A stretch of 64,000 bases of DNA from Octopus vulgaris (lineage: Eukaryota): contig OX597831.1 in assembly GCA_951406725.2 (NCBI GenBank), positions 65,348,001 through 65,412,000 on the forward strand, in the 5' to 3' direction. Below the pieces are notes generated by a model. It was not told the DNA's origin, ran no database searches, and saw nothing but the letters and a program-made list of their open reading frames with translations. Position numbers and translations under genes: made by a program. This document shows, piece after piece, positions 26,653-40,834 of the stretch (its first letter is position 1; each line of letters starts with the position of its first letter).

Positions 26653-26748
26653 GAGGCTTCTAGTCCACAAAACCGAGGGGGTAGTTACCAATTAACACGA
26701 AAGGATCAAACACCGAAGAAATCATTCTGGAGGTGTAAACTGCTTTGA
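26653..26748 (+). CDS. RAB8: Rab8-type GTPase terminal exon (EASSPQNRGGSYQLTRKDQTPKKSFWRCKLL*)
   Basis: tttgtatttcag acceptor; hypervariable tail ending in single-Cys CaaX (CKLL), as in the Rab8 subfamily; TGA stop. Confidence 0.92.
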   Translation, partial: EASSPQNRGGSYQLTRKDQTPKKSFWRCKLL

Positions 26749-26978
26749 TTTCCTCTTTCCCCCATTCTTTTTTACCCGATTCCCTTTCGCCACAGCCGCC
26801 TTTTTTTTTTTTTAATCATACAGAAAACAACCAGCCGCAGCAACTTTGACTCCATCTTCAACTCCACCATCACTAATAAATACCAATATTATGGCAATCA
26901 GGCACCACGCCAGTGTAATAGCAACATTTTCTTTATTAAATTTTTGTTACTATTATCATAAGAAACCTTTAATAATTG

Positions 26979-27026
<48 letters not shown>

Positions 27027-30000
27027 GTATGTACTATAATGGAAGTTATAGATATATTTTTTCTGTGGTTAAAAAAATTACTATGTACTCAATATATTTC
27101 TCCGTGTGGTCTTCATTTCTCAACATTAACACAATGTTTCTAATCATAAAGTTACATTCTAATTAGGTTTGTTTTGTTGGAAGAGCTGGTTTCATGATGT
27201 GGCAATTAAGCAAGATTAACAGATTCTCTAGCTATTACTTGTGGCAGTTAGCAGAAATTCCTTATATCATGCATTGGTTTCAGATTAATATAGAGGGATT
27301 CAAGAATCAATATTCTTAACTTAATTCTCTTGTATGTTCCCAAAACACAGTTTTTGAATGAATACACATAATTTGAATAAATATTCAGGCAGAAAAAAAC
27401 CATTTAAAAAGCAATGATATTTTGATTCAGCATTTCTTCTGCTCAAGTAAATTTAATCCTGTTGCCAAAATTAAATGTTATTCTAAATGATTGTGACATG
27501 TAAATAAACATATTTTTTGAATAAAATGTCATAAATGAAATTTATAAACCCTGGAATACTTTGAGTCTCAAAAGGATTTAATGTTGAAACACAATTCAAA
27601 GTAAATTATGTCTTCAGTGATAACCATGACTTGGACAGTAATTGCTAATCTGCTAGAAGCAACAGCATTGGTGTTTTCTTTATTAGTGGTTTAAAATGTT
27701 TATTTTATAACATTTCTTTCTTCAGCCATGGAAATGAAATTCTTGAAAATTGCCTGTGATGAGGAATTTCAACTTTCCTTATTTTTGTACTTATATTCAT
27801 TGTTGCTCATTCCTTGGATAACTTCTATATCAAATTTTTCTTTTTTTACTTATAACGACCACATTTAATATTCCAAAAACGAAATAGATGTTTTATATAT
27901 ATACATATATATAAACTATTTTGCTTCAACATTGTGTTATAGACCCTGAATTTTAGCCCATTTCTAATGGCTGCTAGTTTCTGCTCTAGTTAATTGACAA
28001 GTCATAATTTTTGTCCCTGATTTCATTAAGTTTTGGCAGGGCATTATATTTGTTGGATTTTGAAATTTCCTTTTTCAAAATTAAATAAAGTAAAACACAG
28101 CATTTATATATTCTTTAGCTATGCAATTTTGCATGTTTTGTTGGCTATCAAGTTGGCTATTAGCTACTGCTGATTCTCTGGTATTTAGTTGCTGTGTACA
28201 TTTTTATAATTCACTCTTGCAACAAACCAGCAATCAATTCCATCCACTATTTCATTTCATTGACATTTTGGTAAAAATGTAAATGTGTGGATTTTCTCTT
28301 GTATAAAATAAGTGAGCGAATATTTTTAATGATAGCATGGACATGGTAAATGAGAGCGACTAAATTGCTTCTTTATTTAGTCAAAGCAGATAGTCAACTT
28401 AAAGCTTAAGTTGCAGAACATTATGTAGATCATAGTATATTTGTTAAAATTATCATTCTGGTTAATTTGGAAATTTGTATCTTCTGTTACTGTCTCATAT
28501 GGTAATGTATTCTTGCCAAAGGCTTGCATTGAATGTGAATGATTAGATTCTCCCTATTACTGCAATCATTTAAAGTTCATTAATTGCAATGCTAAATCAA
28601 AGTAATAACTTTTCTTACTTGTACAAATATTTCTTGGTTCATTTTAGAAGCTTGAAGCTAATCATTTTTTAGAAATTGCATCTATTTTCTAGGTCTTCCT
28701 TCATTAGTTTGAAATATTTGAAAACAAACTTTTTCCAATCCTATGTTGTCAAGATTTTTTTTTGTAATGCCATTGACACATTTTTGTTTTTGTCTTTGGA
28801 ATTTTTAAAAACTTTTTTTCAGTTCCTTTATAAAATGTAAACTGGCAAATATTTAAACAATTTGATATTCATTATCAATAGTACTGTTAATATTTATTTA
28901 TCTATTACATTTCTATTATGTTTGTATAAAACATTTGTTACACACTCCAGTGTCCAAAGTTTTAACTTTTATAGTACTCTAAGCATTAATTACAGTTAGG
29001 TTTTACAGTAAAAGAAATGAAACCTGTTTTGTGTATAAATACACTTTGTAGCAAGGCTTCTCCGACTTCAAAATGTTATTACGTCACTTAGTTGTAGTTT
29101 CTGCTTCAGTTACACATGCTGTAATATCCAGTGTAATATAAAAAAACTTATTTGATCATTAACTACAAAATTATCCTCAAATGTTATTTACAGTAAAGGC
29201 ATTTTCTGCTTAAAAACTTTTGTATTTTTTTAAATATGCATATATACTGCATTGTATAACCAATTGCATTGGCAAGAGACCTCATGTATAATATAATATA
29301 TGTATATTTACACATAACAATAAAAAAAAAAGTTCATTAATTCAATAATTGTTAAAATTTTGTGGATAAAAACAGTAAAAATTAAGATTTTGTGAACAGC
29401 ATTCATTGTAATCATACACAGGGAAAAAAAAGTAGAAAAACTGAATCAAATGGTGGGAAAAATAGTGCCTTGTATAAAGTGAGGATCAAAAACGTACCTT
29501 CTATACTAAGTGCACTATTGTATCCTGAAATTATATCCAAAACTTTAATACTTTAATTTTGCTGAGGTTGACTTAGCCTTTTCGTCTCGGAAAAGGCAAT
29601 TGTAGTTAAAAAAAAATAAATTTCATAGGTGTTTATTGGCGAAAAAATTCTAAGGATGGTTACTAATCTACCTAATGGTTGTTATTCTTTGAGAAATTGG
29701 TCTACTCAGTTGAAATGGAAATATATATTCCAAACAGAGCAAGGCAATACATTTTTCTTGTTTATTTATAAATAAACATTTCTTTTTATTTATTTGACTA
29801 AATTATTGTATTAATTTTGCTCTACCTAGCTACTTCACTGCTTCTTCATTTTTTTTTTTCAATTGCTTTTATACTTAGTTGTTACATATTCACTCTATAT
29901 CATGTTCTAATAAAAAAATAATTTAGATGCTTGCCACTTTTAACTGAAAACAACTTTTGTCAGCCTCTTGATCTATTGAATCATTTCTGTTTAACTAAGA

Positions 30001-30174
30001 CTTTGAGATTTATAGGTATTAATATTTATAATAAATGAATATGAATAAAACTACATTTTTTAAAATTCATTTATTTAATGTAAAGATGCTGGTATTTTTT
30101 TATAATTAGAACTCCAGAATTCTGTATTAAGCATCACTGAATTAAGCACTCAATTCTAATTAGTCATCACTTAA

Positions 30175-30217
<43 letters not shown>

Positions 30218-30432
30218 TGTAATAGTTTCCTTTATACATTATTAACACAACTGATATTCTTCAACAGTTTCTCAACATTCAACATAATGTTCCCAATTAT
30301 AATTTTGTTTGAGACATTTTAAGATTTTCTTCCTTCATAGTGATCATATATTAAATTTATTTTGTTTCATAAGTACGGTAATGTTTTAAAAAAGTTTTAT
30401 AATCTAACCATATATATATATATACATATGTT

Positions 30433-30465
<33 letters not shown>

Positions 30466-30750
30466 ACATATGTTTATATATGTGTGTGTACATATGTTTA
30501 TATATATGTGTGTACATATGTTTATATATATGTGTGTACATATGTTTATATATATGTGTGTACATATGTTTATATATATGTGTACATATGTTTATATATA
30601 TATGTGTACATATGTTTATATATATATATATATATACATGTTTATATATATATATATATATATGTTTTATATATATATATATATATATACATGTTTATAT
30701 ATATATATATATATATACATTTTTATATATATATATATATATATATACAT

Positions 30751-30798
<48 letters not shown>

Positions 30799-32620
30799 GT
30801 TTATATATATATATACATGTTTCTATATATATATATATATACATGTTTATATATATATATACATGTTTCTATATATATATATATATATATATATACATGT
30901 TTATATATATACATATGTTTATATATATATATATACATATGTTTATGTGTATATAAACATGTGTGTGTTTATGTATGTATATGTAATTTTAGAAATAAGA
31001 AAATCTTTTTTTCCCCCCATTTAGCAGTCTGTTAAGCTTTTGATATGGAAGTGTAAAATCTTTGTCTCACTGTTTCATAAATTTGTTTTCATTGTAAAAT
31101 TTATCTTTTCAACAGATTCATTGTAATTTTTCAGTGAGTTTTGAACTAAGTACTTAATTTTAGTTAAGCTTCTCTCTTACTAAAATTATTTCTTTTTAAT
31201 CATTGTCATACTAACAGTTAATTAGCTTATTTTGGTTTTCAGGGACTATTTAGTATGTACTGAAGAGACATTTTGAACTTTTAGTACTTGAATAAAAAAA
31301 AGAAATAATAATAAAAAAAGGCTGTTTTTATTTGCCAACCTAATTTGGTCAACATTTACCATCAGTTGTATAGGATTGAGATGAAGTTATTTTTGATAAA
31401 GTGGAAAAATGAGAATTACTGTGGGTTTAAATGCTCTTATTGTATAAAAGTTGAGAAATTATTAAATGTACATTTCTAAACATGATTCGTTTTTTTAATT
31501 AAACAATATAGAATTTTAAATATTTTTAATTTCTTTCCAATGTGGTTGATTGCTCAGATCAAATATGATCAATTGTTCAACAAACAGGGTCATTGGCATT
31601 TTATATAGTTCAGTCCTGCTGGCATTCTTAAATTTGTCAACTTGAGTTTGGATGAGAGGAAACAAGTGTAATCATTAAAAAAACTAGTTAATATTTGGTT
31701 GTTTGTGAGAAAAATGCAAAGAAAAATGCAAGTTTGTTGCCGATTAAAGAGTATGAAATATCGATTCCCCCCCTCCCCCATAGTTTTAAAATTAGGCGAG
31801 TTATTAGCTAAACTTACGCTTTAGCCGGTTAGTAACTTTTATTTGAAACAATGTCAATTTAAATGTTTCGTGCTTAATTTGATATTAAAGCAAATTGTCT
31901 TCAAGCAAAGGTATAAGTTTATTTTAATAAAGATATCCAGTTCCAAACTGTATGTAAGGCTAATGATGAGACACCTTCCGAAAGTATTTATGAAGTTTGA
32001 TTTTTGAACATAAGAGGATTTGAAGTCAGTAAATTATGCAAATACAATATTCACTGCTTGCTTAACCACTTGCAACATGTTACAAATCATTGATCTTTCG
32101 GCCAGATTGATGTTAATTTTTTGTTTTTCTATGTATCTATTTTATACTGATTTAGACTATTTAACCTTTTCAGTACTGAGTTTTGTTTATGCTAGAAATA
32201 TTTGAGTCTCCCTTTAAATTTAGTACTTCTTGTCAACAAGTTTTTAACTTTAATCATTGCAGTTTTAATGCAATTTGCATCAGAATTTTCCAAAGTTTTC
32301 AGAACAGTTTTTTTGTGGTATCAATAACTGTAATGGTTTTGTAAAATCACTTCTACTGTTCATTTCTGAATCAGCTGATTTAGATATAACCAAGACTGAC
32401 AGTTGGGCTTAATGTGAAAGCTCATGGTAACAATGGAAAAGTTTGTAGATACAGAAAATGTTGACCTGCTCAGCCACTGGACACTCAAAAATTGTAAGGT
32501 CGTTGATTCATCATCATGTATGCTGCTTTAGCTAACAACACAAGACAAATGGACACTATGAAATCAGTATGCTATCTAGTTACTGTTACTTATGTAATTA
32601 GCTCTGCTAATCAAATTTGA
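26749..32620 (+). other. Putative long 3'UTR / downstream region of Rab8 (end unknown)
   Basis: ~6 kb of AT-rich sequence almost free of the TEs that fill the rest of the window; several AATAAA signals. Confidence 0.4.
30410..30985. repeat. Compound (TA)n / TACATGTT minisatellite
   Basis: Repeated TACA(TA)TGTT(TA)n units; source of the YI-rich ORFs. Confidence 0.95.
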
Positions 32621-33115
32621 TGACTGGCGTCTGTGCTAGCGGGGTGCAAAGAGCACCATACGAGTGTGACCATTGACAGAGCGGCTAACCGGCTTCCGTG
32701 CCAGTGGCACTTAAAAGGCACCATTCGAGCGTGATCGTTACCAGCGTCGCCTTAAAGAGCACCATCCGAGCGTGATCATTGCAGGAGCAGCTATCTGGCC
32801 TCCATGCCGGTGGCACGTAAAAGACACCATTCGAGCGTGATCATTACCAGCATCGCCTTACTGGCACCTGTGCCGGTGGCATGTGTAAAAGATTCGAGTG
32901 AGGTCGTTGCCAAGTACCGCCTGACTGGCCCTGTGCCGGTGACACGTAAAAGCACCCACTACACTCTCGGAGTGGTTGGCGTTAGGAAGGGCATACAGCT
33001 GTAGAAACTCTGCCGGATCAAGATTGAAGCCTGGTGCAGCCATCTGGTTCGCCAGCTCTCAGTCATTCGTCCAACCCATGCTAGCATGGAAAGCGGACGT
33101 TAAACGATGATGATG
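32620..33115 (+). mobile_element. RTE-tail SINE, related subfamily
   Basis: GGCGTTAGGAAGGGCAT...CCCATGCTAGCATGGAAAGCGGACGTTAAACGATGATG; degenerate internal subrepeats. Confidence 0.85.
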
Positions 33116-34258
33116 ACAAATTGAGCTAGTCCTGTCCCTGTCTCCTTCTGTTTGTGAAGTGTGACATTTCGTTTAGTGACAGTACAAGTAAAAATTTAAG
33201 AAAAGTCTTTCAGTTGCTGGTAAGAAATGAATTTATTGTCAAACTATTTAAGCAATGTAAGGATGGCTTAGGTGAAGAAGAGTTTAGTGGGAAGTAAATG
33301 TTAGAACTTGGGTATGGAATGATTTAAAATAAAAGACATTTTATAACCATCAGGTAAGTATGAACACCTGTGTTTGCTCTTTTAATATCAACCTGCCTGA
33401 GAGACTTTTAGATCCTTGGTACCAAATGTCTGTTTTATTGTTTTTACATTAGAATTTTCATAACATCAAGGTTCTTAAATAAAATTGTCACCAAACGCTA
33501 GCATAATATATTGATTAATTGCAAAGTGAGATACTATCGCAGATGTTACATCTCCCCCCTTGATAGGTGAAAATCCGCAAGGTAGAAACTACTGCACTGT
33601 ATATTTTAAAAAATTATTTTTATAATTTGCATATATTTATTTTATTATAAATGCAAAACAACACCACAAAGGAATCGACGTAAGCTTAAATAATAAACCG
33701 GGATTACTGTATTCTACTTAATCTTTCATTCTTGATTATTCTGCAAATTAATTGGATGTTCATTAGAAATATAGTTGTGAAGGAGTTAAACTGATTTTGA
33801 TAATGACATGCAACCATTATGAGTAATTTGTAGTTAGGCTGTCTATTAGGCAAATCAGGTCTGACTTAAATAACATCTGCCTAATGTTATAAGTAACAGG
33901 TCTGTTACAAGCAACTTCACATTCCTTATATTTGTGTTGAAATTTTAGGCTTTGGAACCCTCTATTAGTTTTTGTAGAATTCAAATGAATAGTAACTATT
34001 TTCAATTTGGTGTAAAGCCATCAGGTGAGGGTGTCACTGTATTTCACTGTTTTATTGACCAGCTACATACAGTGTGGCATGTTTCTCATATGAAGACCAC
34101 AATTCTTTAACTGGAAGAATTGTCTTAGCATTATTATTAATGAATCTATATACAAGTAAAATTCAGATAGTCAAGGAGCAGTTGTGTGGAATCTTCTGAT
34201 CAGTGGAAGCAGTTTTTATGAAGGGAAATCGAATAATAATTTGACTAGAGACAACTTA

Positions 34259-35540
34259 CGAGGGACGTTCAATAAGTAATGCCTCTGACCCACTTGCAGT
34301 TGTTTGATCAAGCTGAAAATTTACATGTGCAATTATTTATATCTCTATAGATTAAGTGGCAAATTACAGCTCTGAACTAATTGTGGTTTCTGATATACAG
34401 GTGTTTGAACTGAGTCAAGTGTGAAATGGAGCCTGTTGAGTGTCGAGCAGTGATCCGGTTTTTGTATTTGAAAGGACGCACACCACGGGAGACTTTTGAT
34501 GAAATGAAAGTAACTTATGGTGATGATGCCCCATCATATGACCTTGTAAAACGCTAGCATCGTGAATTCAAACATGGTCGGAACTCTGTGGAAACAGCTC
34601 CCAGATCTGGTCGCCCCCCTTCTGCCATTGATGAGGCATCTGTCCGTCAAGTTAAAGCTGCCATTTTGGAAGATCGGCGCATAACTATTCGCCAAATAGC
34701 CCATGAGGTCAAGTTTAGTACCGGGTCTGTGGAAACTATCATTCATGACCATTTGCATATGCAAAAGGTGTCTGCCAGATGGATTCCCAGGTTGCTCACA
34801 CCTTTCCAGAAGCAAGAATGCGTCGAGTGCTCGAGGATGAATTTGGAGATGTGCCAAGAAGATGAGTCAAAATTTTTCAAAAGACTGATTACACAGGATG
34901 AAACCTGGGTCCATCACTATGATCCAGAGACCAGAGCCCAGTCAATGCAGTGGAAGCACCGTGACTCACCTCCTCCAAAGAAGGCAAGGGTGCAGCCCTC
35001 CGCTGGCAAGGACATGCTCACAGTCTTCTGGGACCAGGACGGAGTAGTGACAGATTTCCTGGCAAAGGGTACCACAATTACAGGAGCCTATTATGCTTCA
35101 CTTTTGAGGAAATTAAGAGAAGCTATCAAAATCAAGAGGCAGGGCAAGATCAGCAAAGGCATCCTCCTCCTGCAGGACAACGCTCCGTTCTACAACTCGC
35201 GTGTCGCCAGATCAGAAGCACAGGCGTGCGGCTATGAACTCATCCCCCTACTCTCCTGACCTTGCACCCTCTGATTTTCACCTCTTCCCAGCCATGAAGT
35301 TGTTTTTGAAAGGAAAGCATTTCCCAGATGATGCAGCCTTGATTTCTGAAGTCACATCGTGGTTGGAGGACCAAGCTGAGGTCTTCTACAAAAACGGTCT
35401 CCAGAGTTGCATCAAATGATGGGAGAAATGTGTAACTCTGAGTGGTTCCTATGTAGAAAAGGACTAATAACTTTGCCAAGTTTCGTTGCTCTACTGCTAT
35501 GGGAAGTGGGTCAGGGGCATTACTTATTGAACGCCCCTCG
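34259..35540 (+). mobile_element. Full-length mariner (D,D34D) transposon, 1282 bp
   Basis: TA|CGAGGGACGTTCAATAAGTAATGCC ... GGCATTACTTATTGAACGCCCCTCG|TA; TA target duplication. Confidence 0.97.
34426..35467 (+). pseudogene. Mariner transposase pseudogene
   Basis: MEPVECRAVIRFL..., WIPRLLT, QDETW, QDNA, YSPDLAPSDFHLF, YVEKD*; stops at 34555 (TAG) and 35417 (TGA); frameshift near 35240. Confidence 0.95.
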
Positions 35541-36296
35541 TAGTATGACTTGATGATACACAGCTGACAATATAGATTGATTATTCAGCTAATAACTCTT
35601 ATCTATTTTTTAGTTTTGTTAGGAGTTTAACCCTTTAGTGTTCAAACTAATATGTCAGAAGTAATCCTTATTCATTTACATTTAAAAAAATTAACCTGGT
35701 ATTATCTTGTAGCTTCAAGATTCGAAAGATGTAATTGTTTATTTTTAGAATGACATTGCAGGGTAGGTGTGAGATACTGGTTCTGGCCAGTTTGAGCATA
35801 AAATGAGTAGAATATATGGGCCGGATATAGCCAGTCTAAACACTAAAAGGTTAACCTAATTCAAGTCCAAGTAACTCAGTACCTTCATTCTACCAGCAAA
35901 GAGTCAGTTGACATTAGTTTACAAAAGCAGTGTTTGAAGATATCTATAACAAATTTTTCCATTGCATATTTTTCTTATGTAAAGAAAGAATACTTTGTAG
36001 ATATGGTTGATAATGTTGGTATCAATATTTTTATCAAGTGGGCTGGGGTGAGGAACTTGTTGAAGATTAAAAAGGTAAGATATAGTGGGTATTTAAATGT
36101 AACTATCATATTACAGTAAGGAGAAGGAAAACGTGATATTGGAAGTTATGCATATTATCAGAGAAATATTTGCTTTCAAAGGGTGTTACTGCTCAATCAA
36201 ATATTTGTCTCTTACTGCTTAAATATATTTGCAGCATCCTATTCTTACTGTGAAATTATGCCTATGAAAGTATAATCTAGGTCTATTTTGACTAAA

Positions 36297-37003
36297 ACAC
36301 ATCGCTAAAATTGCCAAGAAGGCTGAGGGTGTCTTGGCATCACTCACCAAGTCCTTTGTGAGCCGCTCTCCGGCTATCTATCTGCGGCTTTATATAGCTA
36401 TAGTATGACCTCACCTGGAATTTGCATCACTGGTCTGGAACCTCTATCTTGCCCAGGATATTAATTGTCTGGAAGCTGTTCAGCGACGTGTAACCAAGAG
36501 AATATCCTCCATCAGGCATTTGCCATATTCTGAATGCCTTACTTCCCTGGGTATGGACACATTGAAACTCTGACGTCTGGCAGCTGACTTGGCAGACACC
36601 CATAAAATTATTAACCATCTTACAAACAATAACTCTGAGCACCTTTTCAAACTCCACCTGTCTAACACCCGTTGACATGTTTACAAAGTCAGAAAACAGC
36701 ACAGCTCCCATGACTTTCGGAAACATTTTTTCACGCTGAGAGTTGCTGAAGCATGGAACGGACTGCCAGCATCAGTTGTTAGTGGTCGGAGCACTGCATC
36801 CTTCGAAACTTCCATGCTTCCTGAGATTTTCCAACACTACACCTGATTTTTCTCCCTTCCATACACATGCAAGCATGTATCTGACTCATACACTGTTCAC
36901 TTTCCAGACATTTGTACATTACTGCATATACTTTATGCACACTTTTTGACAAGTTGTGGTGCACCTGAGCACTGGATACAATAATTTCATTATTATTATT
37001 ATT
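36297..37003 (+). mobile_element. 5'-truncated CR1-like LINE
   Basis: PHLEFAS.VWN.YLAQDI..LEAVQRR.TKRI...LGMDTLKL.RLAADL RT C-terminus; (ATT)n tail. Confidence 0.9.
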
Positions 37004-37319
37004 TTAAGTTGGTTGAAGCCAATGCAGACTATTGCTGGACTCACTTTAACTCTATTCATTATCTTTCAATAATGTTCATTTTTATTTTTGTTTTTATAAA
37101 GTGTTAGGGAGTCTGATGTTGGAACAACAGGATTAGAGAGAGAGGTTGATCTAGAGATTTGAGAATGATTGGGCATAATAGTTAGAGCAGTAGCTGGGGG
37201 AATGATAGGGTAGTGATATATAGATAGGCCATCGTAGAAAAAATAGAACATGGGTTAAAGGTTGTTGGAGTTAGCTTTCTGGGTTGTTGAGTCCTTGTCA
37301 ATCAGTTGGATGGCTTTAA

Positions 37320-37540
37320 CCCTTTCGTTACTGACCCGGCTGAAACCGCCTCTGGCTCTGAGTACAAATGTCTTGTTTTCATATGTTTTGAATTAAAATC
37401 TTCCACCAAACCTTTAGTCACAATTTATGTTCCTAACACTAGCTGAATGATAACTAAGTTATTTTACTAAATTCTTTGTTATATTTAAAGTAAATGGAAG
37501 AAACACAGAGAATCTCAAAATAAATACAGTAACAAAAGGG
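37320..37540. mobile_element. piggyBac-type MITE, family A
   Basis: TTAA TSD with CCCTTT/AAAGGG termini; copy of 25812-26031. Confidence 0.9.
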
Positions 37541-38667
37541 TTAATGGAAGTGGTGGAAAATGTTTTTTGTGTATAACAGTAACAGTGTTTGAGATATGAG
37601 AGCAGTATCCTGCTGTAGGATTAACTTGTTTCGTAGTGAGGAATTGGTTGTTTGAATCTGAAGAGGAATGCTTGGCATGAGATCACTTTGGAGAAAAGAA
37701 GAATTATTGATTATGCCTATTCCTACACCCCAACTTTTGACTTCCACTTACTTTACCAACTTTGGAACGATAACTTTGTTGACTGGAAAAAAATTAGCTT
37801 AAAACAATTGTAAAATAAAAACATTACAAATTTGACAAAAATGGCAAAAATTAAGTTAGGAAAGCAATTACTTTTGACATCTTTATCAAGGACAATTAAA
37901 CTCGTGACAACAGTGCCAACAGCAACAACACAACAATAGGAAGTTCAACAAATAGAAGAAAACAACTTTATTGGATGGAGTGGAACTTTTTTTTTTTTTG
38001 TCAGTAATGGTAATATTGTCCACATTATTCATTTGTTGTGCAATGAGGTTTGAAGTGGAGTTGGACATTTTCTAGCTGCATAATGTTTGAGGCATTTTAT
38101 TGTTCTTGATAAGATGGCATCACGTAATTGACACGAGGATTAAATTGCAACATATCACCATGGTAATACTTTGGATTCAAATAAAAGAATTAGAACAACT
38201 CCTGTGCTTCGATGCTTATTGGCAAGCATCTTAAGCGGCTTGAAAACCAGACGTATTAGAAGTGAAAGAAAATTGAAAGCAAGATTGGAAATTAAAAGCA
38301 AAAGCATAAGGAAGTTGTATGAAATTCTAGGTTTGTGAATTTTCATTTGTTACTGCTAGAATTACACAGTAGTTGGTATCACAAGCGAAAAATAATATTT
38401 TGCTTGTTTATAACAGTAGCAGGCATTTTAGCCTCCTGGTTTTGCTAATATGACTGATTTGCTATATTAACTGACATTTAATTGGTGTTGTTTTTCTGCA
38501 GCTGCAATTAGCAATTTTAATTCTGGGATTTAAAGGCTGAAATCAATATACCATACATTTCAAGAAATGATTGAACATATATAAATTCCACATTACGTTT
38601 GAAATTTAGATGGAAAATATCTGTTAAAATGCATCAAACATTTGTATATATATTTTTGTTTTGGTAA

Positions 38668-38712
<45 letters not shown>

Positions 38713-40141
38713 ACATCGCTCTTTCTCTCCCTCTCTCACACATTCCTATATACAATTGGATATGCACATGTATGTGCCTAAATGGAAATTATCTTGTGAA
38801 AATAGCACCAACCCAGATGCAAATGATTGACTTAGCCAAGTTGTTCCTACTGCATAAACATTATTAATTTATTACTGTACAGAGTGTAAAAGTAATTATG
38901 AAATATTTTAATATATTTTGGTTTTCAATATCCTTGAAAAGAAAGAAAACTTGAATATTTTTATGTGTTGTGAAGTTTTAATACTTTTTCCCTTTAAATA
39001 TTATTTAATTTTCACAAAACACCATCCCCCCTTTTCGAAAATGCTATTTCAGCAGAAAGAATGTTAATTGTATATCAATCATTTGAAACTCATAAATTAA
39101 TTGCTAAAGTATTTACTATTTCAAGACAAATCTCTCATGTCATCTCTTATTGTAATTTTGTGGAAAAATATTGAAAAATTAATTGCTTAGAAATCATTAA
39201 GTCAGCTATGAAAATCATCTCATTAAGAAAGGCTATACACTCTAAATGGAGAGTGGAAAGTAAAATTTTCTGATTCTGTCCAAACTAAAACCAAATATTA
39301 TACAACCAACCACCAAAACAAATAATTAAGAGTTATGAATTAGTATTTCATTCAGCTGTTATTTCCTGGTAGTGTAGCAAGAAGATTAGTGCCTTAAATG
39401 AAAACATTTAGCCCTGAATCAAAGAGTAACGAAATATCATCAATAATGTTTTTAACTATAGATGTTAACCAAAACATAACGTTACCTGGAAAGTAAGAGA
39501 AGTAGAAATCAGTTAAAAAAAACACAGCAACGGAAAAAAAAAACTTTTCATATAAAAAACAGCAGAAAGTAATGGAGTCATTTCTCAAAGGAGAAATACA
39601 TCCATGAAGAGTTTAATGGTAAACTATTAAATTCTACTTGTAATAAGGTTCAATGTAATCAAATATGTAAAGTGATGTAAGCCAAAATAAGGTAATATCT
39701 TAAAATTGACTGAATCTAATTTAAAACAAATGGTGCTTATGAAAGATTTATGGTAATTTTCATCCCAAAGAGATTCTTGATATGGGAAAATCGTTTGAGA
39801 CATGCATAAGGAGTTCATTGTGTTTATAATACAGTTAGCAAACTTAAAAGTTTGTAGGAAATTAACATAAATGAAAAGAAATCTGATGATGATGATGAGA
39901 AAGAAACAAGTAGATATCAAAAGCTCTGATGCTTTTTGTGAAAATTCCAATTACTGCAATCATTAATGTGCATCTTCAGAAACCCCTCTTCCTGTTACAT
40001 GAAGATATAGAATAATCAGACCCGAGGTTAGCCTTAACATGTTTTCAGCTGATTTCCTATCAGTTACAACATCAACAAATAAGTATTAGATTCAAATTTG
40101 ATTTGTACTGAAGTCATAGATATAATTAAGTACACATAAAC

Positions 40142-40602
40142 ATGCGAAAGACAAATAAAAGAGAAGTGATGTATCAGGATAAGGGAAAAGGAGCTGCTCA
40201 GTATCGACCCCAATGTACAAATAAGTCGAAAAGACTTATTGTTAGTGGGCATGTCAATAACGAATCTGTAATCCGTAAAGAGAATGCAAAAGAGAAACAT
40301 TTGACGTCTCAGATGGACAGAATACATTTAGGAGATGGTTGTTCCAATACTAATCTAAGTCAACAAAACAATAGTAAAAAAAGCCACACTTCTGAGAATC
40401 AATTGAAACCAGAAACTGGTTATGATGTGGACAAGAACAACCCCGAAGGATGTAAAGGAAGAGAAAACACCTATCTTTTCCCTCTTGACTATGGCAATAA
40501 CTCAAGGAGGAGATCTGACTGTAGTGAACTAAAGAGAAAAAGAAAAATCCTTTTATCCCCAAGACAAGTTTTATATTTGAGAAAGAATTTTCAAGACAAA
40601 AG
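40142..40602 (+). pseudogene. Exon-like ORF ending in the N-terminal part of a divergent homeodomain (gene or pseudogene)
   Basis: Non-repetitive 154-aa hydrophilic ORF ending KRKRKILLSPRQVLYLRKNFQDK(R) at AG|gtaaac; no convincing helix-3 exon found. Confidence 0.4.
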
Positions 40603-40834
40603 GTAAACTAATTGTTTTTAATTTTTAAATACATTTAATTATTCATTTTATCATTAGTGACACTAATTTCTTTCAGTTGATCATTTTACTTGGTTAATTT
40701 TTTCTGTTAACTAAGAAGTATGTTGATTTTCTTTATTTTCCTTTTCTTTATTATTTTTGCAACATTTGTTGTAATTTATTATAATATTTGTTCAGTTCTT
40801 TCTTATTAGTTAAGTTTCCTTAATGTAACACCAC

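Noticed and set aside
30362-31035. YI/CV-rich ORFs (also 49163-49582, 50034-50477, 61941-62219)
   Set aside because: Translations of microsatellites
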